A DNA stretch of 44,709 nt from sequence record SRR31156797_613. One strand, 5' to 3'. Within the stretch, counting starts at the first letter, position 1, and every line of letters starts with the position of its first letter. Of this stretch, positions 9,277 to 19,125 are shown piece after piece. The position numbers were made by a program, and so were the translations under genes. The notes beneath the pieces were generated by a model. The model was given only the letters and a program-made list of their open reading frames with translations, was not told the DNA's origin and did not search any database.

Positions 9277-9657
9277 TGGAATGTCAAATGATATTTCATT
9301 AAAATCCAAATATTTTTCTATGGCATTAACTAAATCTTTACTCATTACATGTTCTACTGTATGTGCATTCTTTTCAGCTGTCAGTCTGTCAATATCTAGG
9401 ACTGAATATAAGAATTCAACTATCATAACATGTTTTCTGTATATCTTTTCAGCTTCACTCCTACCTTTATCAGTTAAGAATATTTTTCCATACCGTACTT
9501 GATTAACTAAATCCATAGCCTTTAGCTTCTTTACAGCAAAAGTAATACTAGGTTTTGTAACATTCAACTCTTTTGCTAAATCCGCAATTCTTACACCGTT
9601 GTGCTCGATTGACAGAACATAAACTGATTCTAAATACTTTTCAATATATTCCTTCAT
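9271..9657 (-). CDS. DtxR/MntR-family metal-dependent transcriptional regulator (no FeoA/SH3 domain)
   Basis: EKYLESVY, RIADLAKELNVTKPSITFAVKKL HTH, LTDKG, RKH..EFL and A..VEH metal-site region. 128 aa. Confidence 0.9.
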   Translation of the reverse strand: MKEYIEKYLESVYVLSIEHNGVRIADLAKELNVTKPSITFAVKKLKAMDLVNQVRYGKIFLTDKGRSEAEKIYRKHVMIVEFLYSVLDIDRLTAEKNAHTVEHVMSKDLVNAIEKYLDFNEISFDIPS

Positions 9658-9702
9658 ATGTACTACCCTGCATTCTTTTTTATAGTATAGTATAAGCCGA
9701 AG

Positions 9703-9760
9703 AGTTATCCTTTGCTAACTATTCGATAGGTAATATAACATAATTAATACTGCTTGTCAA
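9703..9760 (-). promoter_or_regulatory. Sigma-A promoter of the DtxR-family gene with downstream operator (autoregulation)
   Basis: Minus strand TTGACA (9760-9755), 17 bp spacer ending TGn, TATATT (9737-9732). Palindrome AGTTATCCTTTGCTAACT at 9703-9720. Confidence 0.65.
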
Positions 9761-9769
9761 TTTTTTAAC

Positions 9770-10864
9770 TTATTTGGCTAAACGTGACGCTATAAAAGCA
9801 GTGAAAGGAACTGTTAGTATCATACCGATACTGCCTGTTAGTGATCTTATCACTTCTTCAAGAATAAAATCATGATTCAATAAATCTGATATAGCAAATC
9901 CATATGTTGACTGGACCAATATCATAGTCAGAGCACTACCGGTATAAGCCAAAATCAATGTATTTGACATAGTACCGATAATATCACAGCCTACATCCAT
10001 CCCAGCTTTATAAAGATTTTTCTTGGATAATTCAGTATTTGCAGATTTTAACTGATTTATAGTTGATGAAATAGTCATCGCAACATCCATGACTGCACCT
10101 AAACAGCCAATTATTATACCGCTTAGTAAAATGCCTTTTAAATTGTAAACAACATCACTATCATTAAAAATCAGCATTTCTACTTCTTCTGTCGCCAATG
10201 ATGTCATATTTGCCAAATTTGCAGCTAAAGCAGACAGTCCCCATGCAATTATTAGACCGCCTACAGTACCCAAAATTGCAGAGACTGACTTACTGCTAAT
10301 ACCTCCAATAATTAACAATGTGATAATAGTAATAGCTAAACATGAAAGTATAGTAATTGGTACAGGTGAATATCCCTTTTTCAATAGAGGAATCATAATA
10401 AAAATAACCACCAGCAATGTTAATAAAAGTGAAACAGCAGATTTCAATCCTTTTTTCTTGCCTACTAATATTAAAAGAATAAAAAACACTGCACCAAGCC
10501 AGATAGCATGATAATATTTTACTTGTGATAAAATATAGAAATCATCTACTCGTCCCTCTTCACTGAAATACATTATAATATTTATTCTGTTTCCTTTTTT
10601 TAATCTTCCTGCCTGTTTATAATACTCCCCCTGAAACTCATTTTCCAGCGTATACTCTCTGTCTTTAAAAACATCGTCTGTCAATATCTTGATTTTGATT
10701 TTTTGACCTGAAATTATCCCATCAGCATCTTCAATTTCATAGTCTTCCACTTCAATAACTTCTGCCAGAAGTTCTATTCCTTTATTTTCAACCTCTGCTA
10801 TTGCCAAGCTACATAAATTTATTATTGTAACTGCAACAAAAAGCATTATAATTATCTTCTTCAT
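9770..10864 (-). CDS. YibE/F-family membrane protein
   Basis: Signal-peptide-like N-terminus MKKIIIMLF. Motifs GCLGAVMDVAMTISS, DIIGTMSNTLILAYTG and SIGMILTVPFT. Start set at ATG 10864 after AAGGA. Confidence 0.85.
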   Translation of the reverse strand: MKKIIIMLFVAVTIINLCSLAIAEVENKGIELLAEVIEVEDYEIEDADGIISGQKIKIKILTDDVFKDREYTLENEFQGEYYKQAGRLKKGNRINIIMYFSEEGRVDDFYILSQVKYYHAIWLGAVFFILLILVGKKKGLKSAVSLLLTLLVVIFIMIPLLKKGYSPVPITILSCLAITIITLLIIGGISSKSVSAILGTVGGLIIAWGLSALAANLANMTSLATEEVEMLIFNDSDVVYNLKGILLSGIIIGCLGAVMDVAMTISSTINQLKSANTELSKKNLYKAGMDVGCDIIGTMSNTLILAYTGSALTMILVQSTYGFAISDLLNHDFILEEVIRSLTGSIGMILTVPFTAFIASRLAK

Positions 10865-11027
10865 AATGTTTCCTTTAAAATATGTACAATTCGAACAACT
10901 AATATTGTACCATATATTCATCAAGAGTTTATAATGAACCGCAATAATTTACAAAATTCCAATATAATGAATCTTATTCTATTTCCTTTTTGACATCAGA
11001 AACTACTAAAAACGATATTATCTATGA

Positions 11028-13475
11028 CTAATTAGTAATATCATATATACTTGTAATATCTAGCATCTCCTCAAACTTATCAGCAATTAGTAGCTTTGTC
11101 ATGCTATTTTTATATACCGTTACAGTCTTGATTTCCCCTGCAGATAAATCAAAATAATTATCACTGAATATGCAATCAGTTGATTTTAAATCTAATTTCA
11201 CATATTTCGCAAAGGCTTTTGACGTAATAGATAATACATATTTGTTCTTATCTTCTCTTATCTGTACTGATATTTCTGGGTCAATGAAATAAAAATGCTT
11301 AGGTTTAACAAAAAGTACTGTACCTTCGCTGACAATTTCATCATTTACTACTAAGCTATAAACCAGATAGGTTTTCCGCTTAGTTTCCTTATTATCTAAA
11401 ATACTAGAAAAGTCTAGGCTTTCAATTGCTTTAACCGACAAAGCTGAAACATCTGCATCTATACATCCCTCTTTTAATATACCCGTACAATTATCTCTTA
11501 GCTGCCAAATAACCTTTCCTGTAACTGTATGCATTGTTTCATTAGTAACGTATAGTTCAACCCCCTCTTCCTGTTCACATGCAGAAAGCAGAACAGGTGC
11601 ATAAAACCTTTTTGCAAAATAGTGCAATGCTTTCCATCGTCCGTAATAATCAATACTTGACCATGATGCTACCGGCCAGCAATCGTTTAGCTGCCAATAA
11701 ATTGACCCCATACAGCGTCCTCTATTACGCCGCCAATGCTCAACTCCGTATTTAATAGCCTCGGCTTGTAATATCTGTGAAGCATACAATAGTGTTTGAA
11801 AATCCTTTGGATATCTGAAGTTTCTAGAGAGATACATTAATATTTTTTCATTCGCTGTACCGTTTTTCTGGTGATTTTCCATAACTGGCGAAAAGATATT
11901 CCAGTCTTCATGTATTGTAAATTCTTTTACGCTCTTATAAGATGGAAATGACTGAAAGCCAAACTCAGAGCAGAACCTGAAATGATAATTCCTATAATCA
12001 GTAAATGGCTTATTTCTATGCCATACATCCCAATAATGAACGTCCCCTTTATCCTGTGAATTTGGTTCTTCAAAACCTCCACCAGATGATGGGGATGATT
12101 TCCAATAAAACGTATTTGGATCAGTATCTTTCAAAACAGCTGGTAATATTAGCTCAAATTGCTTAACATAATCAGTTTTATGCTTTGCTCTCTCTGTCTT
12201 ATCAATGCCCCAATCTACCCAAGCTTCCTCAATCTCATTATTACCGCACCATAATCCTAAGCATGCATGGTGCCTGATTCTTTTGGCATTATCCTCTGCT
12301 TCACAAGTGATATTCTCAATAAATTCATCATCTGCTTCGTAGGTAGCACAAGCAAACATTAAATCCTGCCATACAATTAAGCCATATTTATCACAAAGCT
12401 AATAAAAATAATCTTCACAATATATGCCTCCGCCCCATACACGTATACAGTTATAGTTAGCTTCTATACAATCTTGAATAAGTCTTTCAGTTCGTTCTCT
12501 ATTGCATCTGGTTAGCAAACTGTCCTCCGGAATATAATTCGAACCCATTGCAAATATTGAAACACTGTTAATCTCAAACTGGAAAGACTCACCCCATTCG
12601 TCTTTTACCTGCTTAATGTTTATTGTTCTTAATCCGATGTTAAGTTCTTTACTGTCTAATATTTTCTGCTCATCTTTCAGCAAAATAGTAACGGTATATA
12701 GCATTTGTTTGCCATATCCGTTAGGCCACCATAATAGCGGATTTTCAATGTTAATAAAAAGATGCTCTTCATTATCTTTTAATTCCTTACTCATGTTATA
12801 GATAATATTTGAAGGAGAAATAACTGTAACCTCTGCATTCAACAATTTATCTTGCCATATATCGGTGTTTATTCTTATATCCAGATTAACACTATTCTCT
12901 GAATGCTCTTGTGTAATATAAACATCTTCTAGTTTTCCTGTATTATACCCTTGCAAGTAAATGTCACGCCAGATTCCCATATCCGGAATAATAGGACCCC
13001 AGTCCCAGCCAAACATATAATGTGCTTTGCGGATATGTCCATATTTCTTCCACAGAGGGCATATCTTTTGCTTTTCATCAATATAACCAGTTGGCGATTT
13101 GAATACTATATTAATTGCATTTGAACCTTTAATCAAATATTGCTTTACATCAAACTCGTAAGTACGGTGCATATTATTAGTTTTTGCAACTAGCTTACCA
13201 TTAAGAGATATCTCAGATATAGTATCTAATCCTTTACATACTAACATAACTATATCATGATCTAATAATGAATCATCTACAGCAAAATCACACATATATT
13301 CATAATCATTGCTTGCTATTTCATTTGCTATTTCCTCATTTTCTCTATAAAACGGATCTTCAATCATTCCATTTTGCAGTAAGTTATGAGTAATAGACAT
13401 AGGTACATTTATATCAATATACCCCTCTTTTCCAATCTGCTTAACCTTCCATATGCCTGATAAATCTTTTTTCAA
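11028..13475 (-). pseudogene. GH2 beta-mannosidase interrupted by a single in-frame TAG at 12399-12401
   Basis: ORFs 12399..13475 and 11028..12359 are in the same frame, and the junction reads RVWGGGIYCEDYFY*LCDKYGLIVWQDLMFAC. FGWDWGP, WCGNNE (acid/base), SEFGFQS (nucleophile) and YWQLND motifs are intact. About 815 codons in total. Confidence 0.85.
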
Positions 13476-13724
13476 TGTTTTTCCTCTCCCTCTTTCTGCC
13501 TATGTTAACAGTATCCATACACATTTATTACTTCTGTCAACAGTAATATTTTACCATAGTTTTAATACAATATGGAGATATATCTATAAAATGTATATCA
13601 GATTACTAAGCTTATAGGCTTATCGAACTTATCGATTATGTGTAATACAAGTATAAAAGCCAATAAAAATATGTTATAATGCTTTTTATGAAATAAATGG
13701 ATATAAACGGAAAGGAATAATGGA

Positions 13725-15668
13725 TTGAATATTAATACTTGGTCATATCAGCTTGAAACGGACCAACAAACAAATATTGAAGCGGACGTTCTGGTATTAG
13801 GCGGTGGTATAGCAGGATGTATGGCTGCGATTTCATCTGCACGCAAAGGATTAAAAGTAGTTTTGGTGGAAAAAGGTTCAACAAAAAGAAGTGGAGCTGG
13901 GGGATCAGGCTGCGATCACTGGGAATCAGCAGCGACAAATCCTTGTTCGAAAGTGTCTCCAGCAGAATTAACACAAGCAATGCTGGATGATAATGATGGT
14001 TATAACAATGGTATTTCGCACTATATCGAGTGCCGAGAGGGATATGACCGCCTGCTTGACATAGAGAAGATGGGAGCCAAAATAAGAGATATAGATGATG
14101 AGTTTAAGGGAGCAGAGTTCAGGGATGAAACCACAAAGCTTCTATTCGCTTATGATTATGAAAATAAATTTACCCTAAGAATATGGGGAACAACGTTTAA
14201 ACCTGCTATGTATAATGAATTGAAACGACTTGGCGTGGAAGTCATTGATAGAGTGATGATAACCTCATTATTAACAGAAAACGGACAACAAGGAAGCAGG
14301 TGCATCGGAGCCACTGGAGTACATACCAGAACAGGAAGGTTTTACATATTTAAAAGCAAATCAAGCATAATGTGTATGTCACGACCTGCAAGAATCTGGC
14401 TGTTTTCTGCATCACATCCGGGTCTGAGTGAATTCCGCCCCACACAGTGCATCGGAGACGGACACGCTATGGGATATCGTGCCGGTGCAGCGTTCACTAT
14501 GATGGAGAAATCTATAGGCGCTCAGTTTTCAGCATCGGGAAGAAGTTTCCCTCCATATGGAGCCGGTAACAATCATAACACATGGTATCCAGCGTCATTA
14601 ATCGATGCAGAGGGTAAAGAAATTCCATATGTCAACAGAGACCGCATAGAGCTGAAATCATTTTATGATAGAGTCAAGCCTGCTCCGAACCAGAAATTCT
14701 TTTTAAAGGGAGGCTCTATTGAGGAAGGTCATTATGATATTGAAGGTCCCGAAACACTTCCTTTTGATAAAATGATAGAAAATGGATACAAACTTCCATT
14801 CTACGCTGACCTTACATCTATACCAGAAATGGAGCGTAAGGCTATTTGGGGAATGATGGTTGGTGAAGAGGGCAAGACAAAAGTACCCATTTACGAGAAT
14901 TACACTAAAGCTGGGTTTGACCCTTCCAGAGATGTACTGCAATGTTATGGAACAGGCTGGACTTCAGCACAATTTATGCCAAACGAGCGACAACTCTTTG
15001 GTCTGCCAGGTGGATTCCTAAACGACTGGACGTTAGGTTCTACATTGGAAGGTTTGTATGTTGCCGGTGATGCCTTATATGCATCAAACTGCTATGGTCA
15101 CGCCGCTGCTACAGGATACTATGCTGGAAGACATGCAGCTGATTATGCAGAGCATCATCAGTTAATTGATATAAACCAAAATCAATTAACTAAAGAAAAG
15201 CAACGGATCTATAGACCTTTGCAGAATAATCCGATGAAATCTTCTAGCTGGAAAGAAATCAATATGGCAGTTGCAAAAATAATGCAGTTTAACTGCGGAG
15301 AAGTAAAAAACGACCAATTACTAAAAAAAGGTTTAACAGAATTGAAATCACTAGAAGAAAAAATAAAAGATGAATCTTTTGCTTATAATCCTCATGAACT
15401 GATACGATTATTAGAAGTATATGACATTATCACCGTTGCTCAGTTAATAATTGAGTCTTGCCTAGGAAGGAAGAAAAGCTGCGAAGCACTTGACTATAAA
15501 AGAAATGATGACAATTATATAGAAATTAATGAAAACTTTCTATTGACTATAAAAAAGAAAGACGCTAAAGTAGTCTATAGCAAAATAGCAAAAGATTTCT
15601 ATGGTGATTTAAAGCTCCAATATGAATCTCATAACAGTGAATACGTAAAGGAGGCATCCTATGTATGA
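13725..15668 (+). CDS. FAD-dependent oxidoreductase of the AprA / fumarate-reductase flavoprotein superfamily (AprA-like)
   Basis: DVLVLGGGIAGCMAA, VEKG..KRSGAGG, GDGHAMGYRAGA and TLEGLYVAGD motifs, plus a helical C-terminal domain. TTG start after AAGGA. Coupled to an AprB-like ferredoxin. Confidence 0.8.
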   Translation: MNINTWSYQLETDQQTNIEADVLVLGGGIAGCMAAISSARKGLKVVLVEKGSTKRSGAGGSGCDHWESAATNPCSKVSPAELTQAMLDDNDGYNNGISHYIECREGYDRLLDIEKMGAKIRDIDDEFKGAEFRDETTKLLFAYDYENKFTLRIWGTTFKPAMYNELKRLGVEVIDRVMITSLLTENGQQGSRCIGATGVHTRTGRFYIFKSKSSIMCMSRPARIWLFSASHPGLSEFRPTQCIGDGHAMGYRAGAAFTMMEKSIGAQFSASGRSFPPYGAGNNHNTWYPASLIDAEGKEIPYVNRDRIELKSFYDRVKPAPNQKFFLKGGSIEEGHYDIEGPETLPFDKMIENGYKLPFYADLTSIPEMERKAIWGMMVGEEGKTKVPIYENYTKAGFDPSRDVLQCYGTGWTSAQFMPNERQLFGLPGGFLNDWTLGSTLEGLYVAGDALYASNCYGHAAATGYYAGRHAADYAEHHQLIDINQNQLTKEKQRIYRPLQNNPMKSSSWKEINMAVAKIMQFNCGEVKNDQLLKKGLTELKSLEEKIKDESFAYNPHELIRLLEVYDIITVAQLIIESCLGRKKSCEALDYKRNDDNYIEINENFLLTIKKKDAKVVYSKIAKDFYGDLKLQYESHNSEYVKEASYV

Positions 15669-15924
15669 AATGCCCATAAGCAGTCCAATAGTTTTTGATG
15701 AAACTAAATGTAACGGATGCAATCAATGTTTGGAAGTTTGTCAGGTAGATATTTTGCTGCCAAACACAGTAAAAGGGAAACCGCCAATTGTAGCATTTCC
15801 AGGTGAATGCTGGTACTGCGGCTGCTGTGTTATGGAATGCAGCCAAAAGGATGCCATTTCACTAAGGCATCCGCTAATGAACCAGGTGCGTTGGATAAAT
15901 AAGAAAAAACTTATAGAAAAATAG
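15661..15924 (+). CDS. 2x[4Fe-4S] dicluster ferredoxin, AprB-like (short, no long C-terminal tail)
   Basis: CNGCNQCLEVC and ECWYCGCCVMEC motifs. Overlaps the upstream stop. AAGGAGG RBS. Confidence 0.88.
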   Translation: MYEMPISSPIVFDETKCNGCNQCLEVCQVDILLPNTVKGKPPIVAFPGECWYCGCCVMECSQKDAISLRHPLMNQVRWINKKKLIEK

Positions 15925-15943
15925 AATATGGAGACTAAATAAT

Positions 15944-16939
15944 ATGTTAGAAAGATTGACACAGGCTTTTGGAGTAAGCGGATATGAGACACAAGTAAGA
16001 GAAATCATTGAATCTCTGGTAAAAGACAAAGCAGATGAGATTACAGTTGATGCACTAGGAAATCTAATTGTATTCAAAGCAGGATTTGGCAGTGAAAAAA
16101 AGAGAATGATGTTTTCTGCACACATGGATGAAATAGGATTACAGGTTATTAAAATTGAAGAAAACGGCATGATAATGATGAAAAATCTTGGCTATCTTTG
16201 GATAGCACAAACTTATATGCAGCGTGTTCAATTTCAAAACAGCGTCACGGGTGTCCTATCTAGTAAAATACCAATAAATGATGTTAAAGAGGGAGACTTT
16301 ACAAAGCTTTATGTGGATATTGGAGTAAGCAGTAAAGAAGAAGCTGAAAAATATCTGAAAATTGGTGATGTGGCAAGCTATGTTGGTCCCTATCAGGAAT
16401 TAAAAGGTGATAAAATAATGGCTAAAGCACTAGATGATCGCTTAGGATGCTTTATGCTTTTAGAGGCAATAATGCGTGTAGAAAAACCGTATCATGATTC
16501 TTATTTCGTCTTTACTGTACAAGAAGAATTAGGATGCAGAGGTGCGATTGTAGCAGCCAGACGAATTATACCAGACATCGGTATCTCTGTAGATATTACA
16601 CCTGCACATGACTATCCAAATGATTTAGAAGGCAGTAATTCACTAGGAGGCGGAACAGCTATTAAAATATCCGATCCGTCAGTCATTTGTGACGAATCTA
16701 TTATCAATAATATGATAAAATGTTGTGAACTATCTGACATTAAATATCAGCTTGATGTGATTTATCGAGGCGGTACAGAAGCAAGCTCTATGAATATGGC
16801 TCACCACGGGATTAAAGCAGGTGCAATATCTGTTGCAACACGTTTCCCTCATAGCCCAAATACTATTGCACATAAAGATGATATAGAAGCATCAATTAAG
16901 CTAATTTGCCAGCTTCTTGCAAAAGAAATTCAATTATAG
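15944..16939 (+). CDS. M42-family metallo-aminopeptidase (TET/FrvX-like)
   Basis: SAHMDEIG, KALDDRLG, TVQEELGCRGA, SVDIT and RFPHSP: all expected metal ligands are present. Confidence 0.9.
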   Translation: MLERLTQAFGVSGYETQVREIIESLVKDKADEITVDALGNLIVFKAGFGSEKKRMMFSAHMDEIGLQVIKIEENGMIMMKNLGYLWIAQTYMQRVQFQNSVTGVLSSKIPINDVKEGDFTKLYVDIGVSSKEEAEKYLKIGDVASYVGPYQELKGDKIMAKALDDRLGCFMLLEAIMRVEKPYHDSYFVFTVQEELGCRGAIVAARRIIPDIGISVDITPAHDYPNDLEGSNSLGGGTAIKISDPSVICDESIINNMIKCCELSDIKYQLDVIYRGGTEASSMNMAHHGIKAGAISVATRFPHSPNTIAHKDDIEASIKLICQLLAKEIQL

Positions 16940-17096
16940 TAATAATCTTAAATTTGATAGGGTCTTTAACAACAATATCTGCAAATTATATGCAATTTAG
17001 TATTAATCAGGCATTATAGATATTTCAGCCTAATATACCAAACGTGAGCTAGCAATGGGAATTAAGCAAAACTAACTCTATGATTTAGTGATAAAA

Positions 17097-17140
17097 AACA
17101 CTATTTTGGACATTTAGAATTTAATATCCAAAATAGTGTT
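17097..17140. terminator. Probable bidirectional terminator between convergent operons
   Basis: Perfect 14-bp stem AACACTATTTTGGA ... TCCAAAATAGTGTT. Confidence 0.65.
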
Positions 17141-17182
17141 ACTATATCTTTACCATATGCTTTTTTTAAGTTATAAAAGGTT

Positions 17183-18145
17183 TTATAAGTTATGACAACT
17201 TGCATAGTGTCCAGGACTTATCTCCTTCATCTCTGGCACTTTCTCTGTGCAGATATCAGTTTTAAACGGACATCTAGGATGGAATGGACACCCCCTTGGT
17301 TTATTAAGAGGACTTGGAATCTCACCAACTGACTTTACTTTGTCTGGCTTTAGCTTTTCTTCCTCATCACTTAAAACAGGAATTGATGCTAAAAGCATCT
17401 TTGTATATGGATGGGCTGGATTTTTGAAAAACTCAGCAGTATCTGCATATTCACATATATCACCAAGGTACATGATAGCAAGGCGATCGCACATATTACG
17501 AACTAGGCATAAATTATGGGTTATAAATAAATATGATAATCCGTTTTCTTTTTGCAGTTCAATTAATTTATTAGTAATTTTCGCTTGTATTGAAACATCC
17601 AATGCTGAGGTTGGTTCATCAAGTACAATGAATTCCGGTGAAGCTGCCAGTGCTCTCGCAACACAAACCAGCTGTTTTTCTCCACCGCCAATAGCTCTTG
17701 GGTATTTACTCATATATGAACTAGGCATACCAACTTTATCAAGAGCATTTATTATTTTTTGTTCCAATACGGAATTACTCATTCTCTTCTTTTCAAATAA
17801 CCTAATAGGTACTGACAATATCTGTTTAATAGTCTTACGTGGATTTAGTGAACCGCCTGGATCCTGAAATACTAGCTGTATTTCCTGCTTAAGCTTACTG
17901 CTCCTATTTTTACTAGAAACAGAGATGTCCTCGCCTTTAAATATAATATTACCTGAAGTTGGTGGATAGCTGCCTACAATCATTGAGCCAATGGTAGACT
18001 TACCAGAACCTGATTCACCGACTAGTCCAAAAATTTCACCTTTTTTTATGCTAAAACTAACATCTCCTACGGCTATAAGACTTCCGAATTTTGTTTTAAA
18101 TTCTTTATGTAAATTTTTTACTTCTAAAATAGTATCACTGCTCAT
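17183..18145 (-). CDS. oppF: Peptide/nickel ABC transporter ATP-binding protein (OppF/DppF-like)
   Basis: Walker A GESGSGKS, signature IGGGEKQ, Walker B IVLDEPTSALD, HPYT, and C-terminal GCPFHPRCP. Confidence 0.9.
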   Translation of the reverse strand: MSSDTILEVKNLHKEFKTKFGSLIAVGDVSFSIKKGEIFGLVGESGSGKSTIGSMIVGSYPPTSGNIIFKGEDISVSSKNRSSKLKQEIQLVFQDPGGSLNPRKTIKQILSVPIRLFEKKRMSNSVLEQKIINALDKVGMPSSYMSKYPRAIGGGEKQLVCVARALAASPEFIVLDEPTSALDVSIQAKITNKLIELQKENGLSYLFITHNLCLVRNMCDRLAIMYLGDICEYADTAEFFKNPAHPYTKMLLASIPVLSDEEEKLKPDKVKSVGEIPSPLNKPRGCPFHPRCPFKTDICTEKVPEMKEISPGHYASCHNL

Positions 18146-19125
18146 TTGTCTTCCTCCATATTAACATTGTGACAAGCTACCTGCCATGTTTGCTCTTTAC
18201 CTACAGGTTTAAGCTGAGGTGATTCTTTCATACAGATATCTGTTGCCTTTGAACAGCGAGATGCAAAGCGACAACCTTTTGGCGGATTAATGTAGCTTGG
18301 AATGTCACCAGCAATACCATCAGCGATACCTTCACCTGTAAGTTTTGGAGTTGCAGCTATCAATCCAACAGTATATGGGTGCTTAGGGTTTGCAAAAATA
18401 TCTTTTGTTTTTCCGCTTTCAATAATATTTCCTGCATACATTACATATACTCTGTCTGTTATTTTTCTAACTGCTCCCAGAGCATGACTTACCAATATTA
18501 GTGACTTATTTCTGCTCCTAACTAACTCATTTAAAAGGTCAAGAATCTGTTCCTCGATAGTAACATCCAGTGCTGTTGTAGGCTCATCTGCAATAATTAG
18601 TTTTGTATCTTTCATTAGAGCCATAGCTATACACACACGTTGACGCATACCCCCTGATAACTGAATAGGATAACTATCCAGCACACGTTCAGGTGCAGGC
18701 ATTGAAACCGCTTTTAGAGCATTCAGCATTTTTTCTATACGCTCTTCCTTTTTCATCTTCGGAAACTGACTCTGCAAAATATCTGACATATGTGTGGAAA
18801 CCTTTAGCGTAGGATTAAGAGATGTAGAAGGGTCCTGAAAAATCATTGATACATTCTTGCGTACATTCTTAATTCCAGCACGAGACTGAATGGATTTGTC
18901 AGAAACTTGTATATCATCCATCTTAATAATGGCAGGTGGAGTACGAAGTACTGATGCAACTGCTTTTAGTACAGTTGTTTTTCCGCAGCCTGCTTCTCCA
19001 ATCAGTCCAACACGCTCCCCTTCCTCCACATATAATGAAAGCTTAGGAATTACATCAAGCATACCTTCGTAAACCTTATATCTAACAGAAAGATCCTTTA
19101 TATTCAATACTATTTTCTTATCCAC
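18142..19125 (-). CDS. oppD: Peptide/nickel ABC transporter ATP-binding protein (OppD/DppD-like)
   Basis: GEAGCGKT, LSGGMRQR, IIADEPTTALD, HPYT and GCRFASRC. GTG start after GGAGG. Confidence 0.9.
   Translation of the reverse strand: MDKKIVLNIKDLSVRYKVYEGMLDVIPKLSLYVEEGERVGLIGEAGCGKTTVLKAVASVLRTPPAIIKMDDIQVSDKSIQSRAGIKNVRKNVSMIFQDPSTSLNPTLKVSTHMSDILQSQFPKMKKEERIEKMLNALKAVSMPAPERVLDSYPIQLSGGMRQRVCIAMALMKDTKLIIADEPTTALDVTIEEQILDLLNELVRSRNKSLILVSHALGAVRKITDRVYVMYAGNIIESGKTKDIFANPKHPYTVGLIAATPKLTGEGIADGIAGDIPSYINPPKGCRFASRCSKATDICMKESPQLKPVGKEQTWQVACHNVNMEEDK

Noticed and set aside
12399..12401. Genome-wide TAG reassignment (alternative genetic code)
   Set aside because: TAG terminates several genes at their expected C-termini here (GH13, DtxR-like, ferredoxin, M42, SBP, DUF2804-like, dctP).
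13606..13640. Short CTTAT(CGA) repeats between the mannosidase and flavoprotein genes
   Set aside because: Too short and irregular to distinguish from chance in AT-rich DNA.
13725..15924. Calling the pair aprA/aprB and inferring sulfate reduction
   Set aside because: The signature sequence diverges from true AprA, the ferredoxin lacks the AprB tail, and no sat/qmo/dsr context is present.
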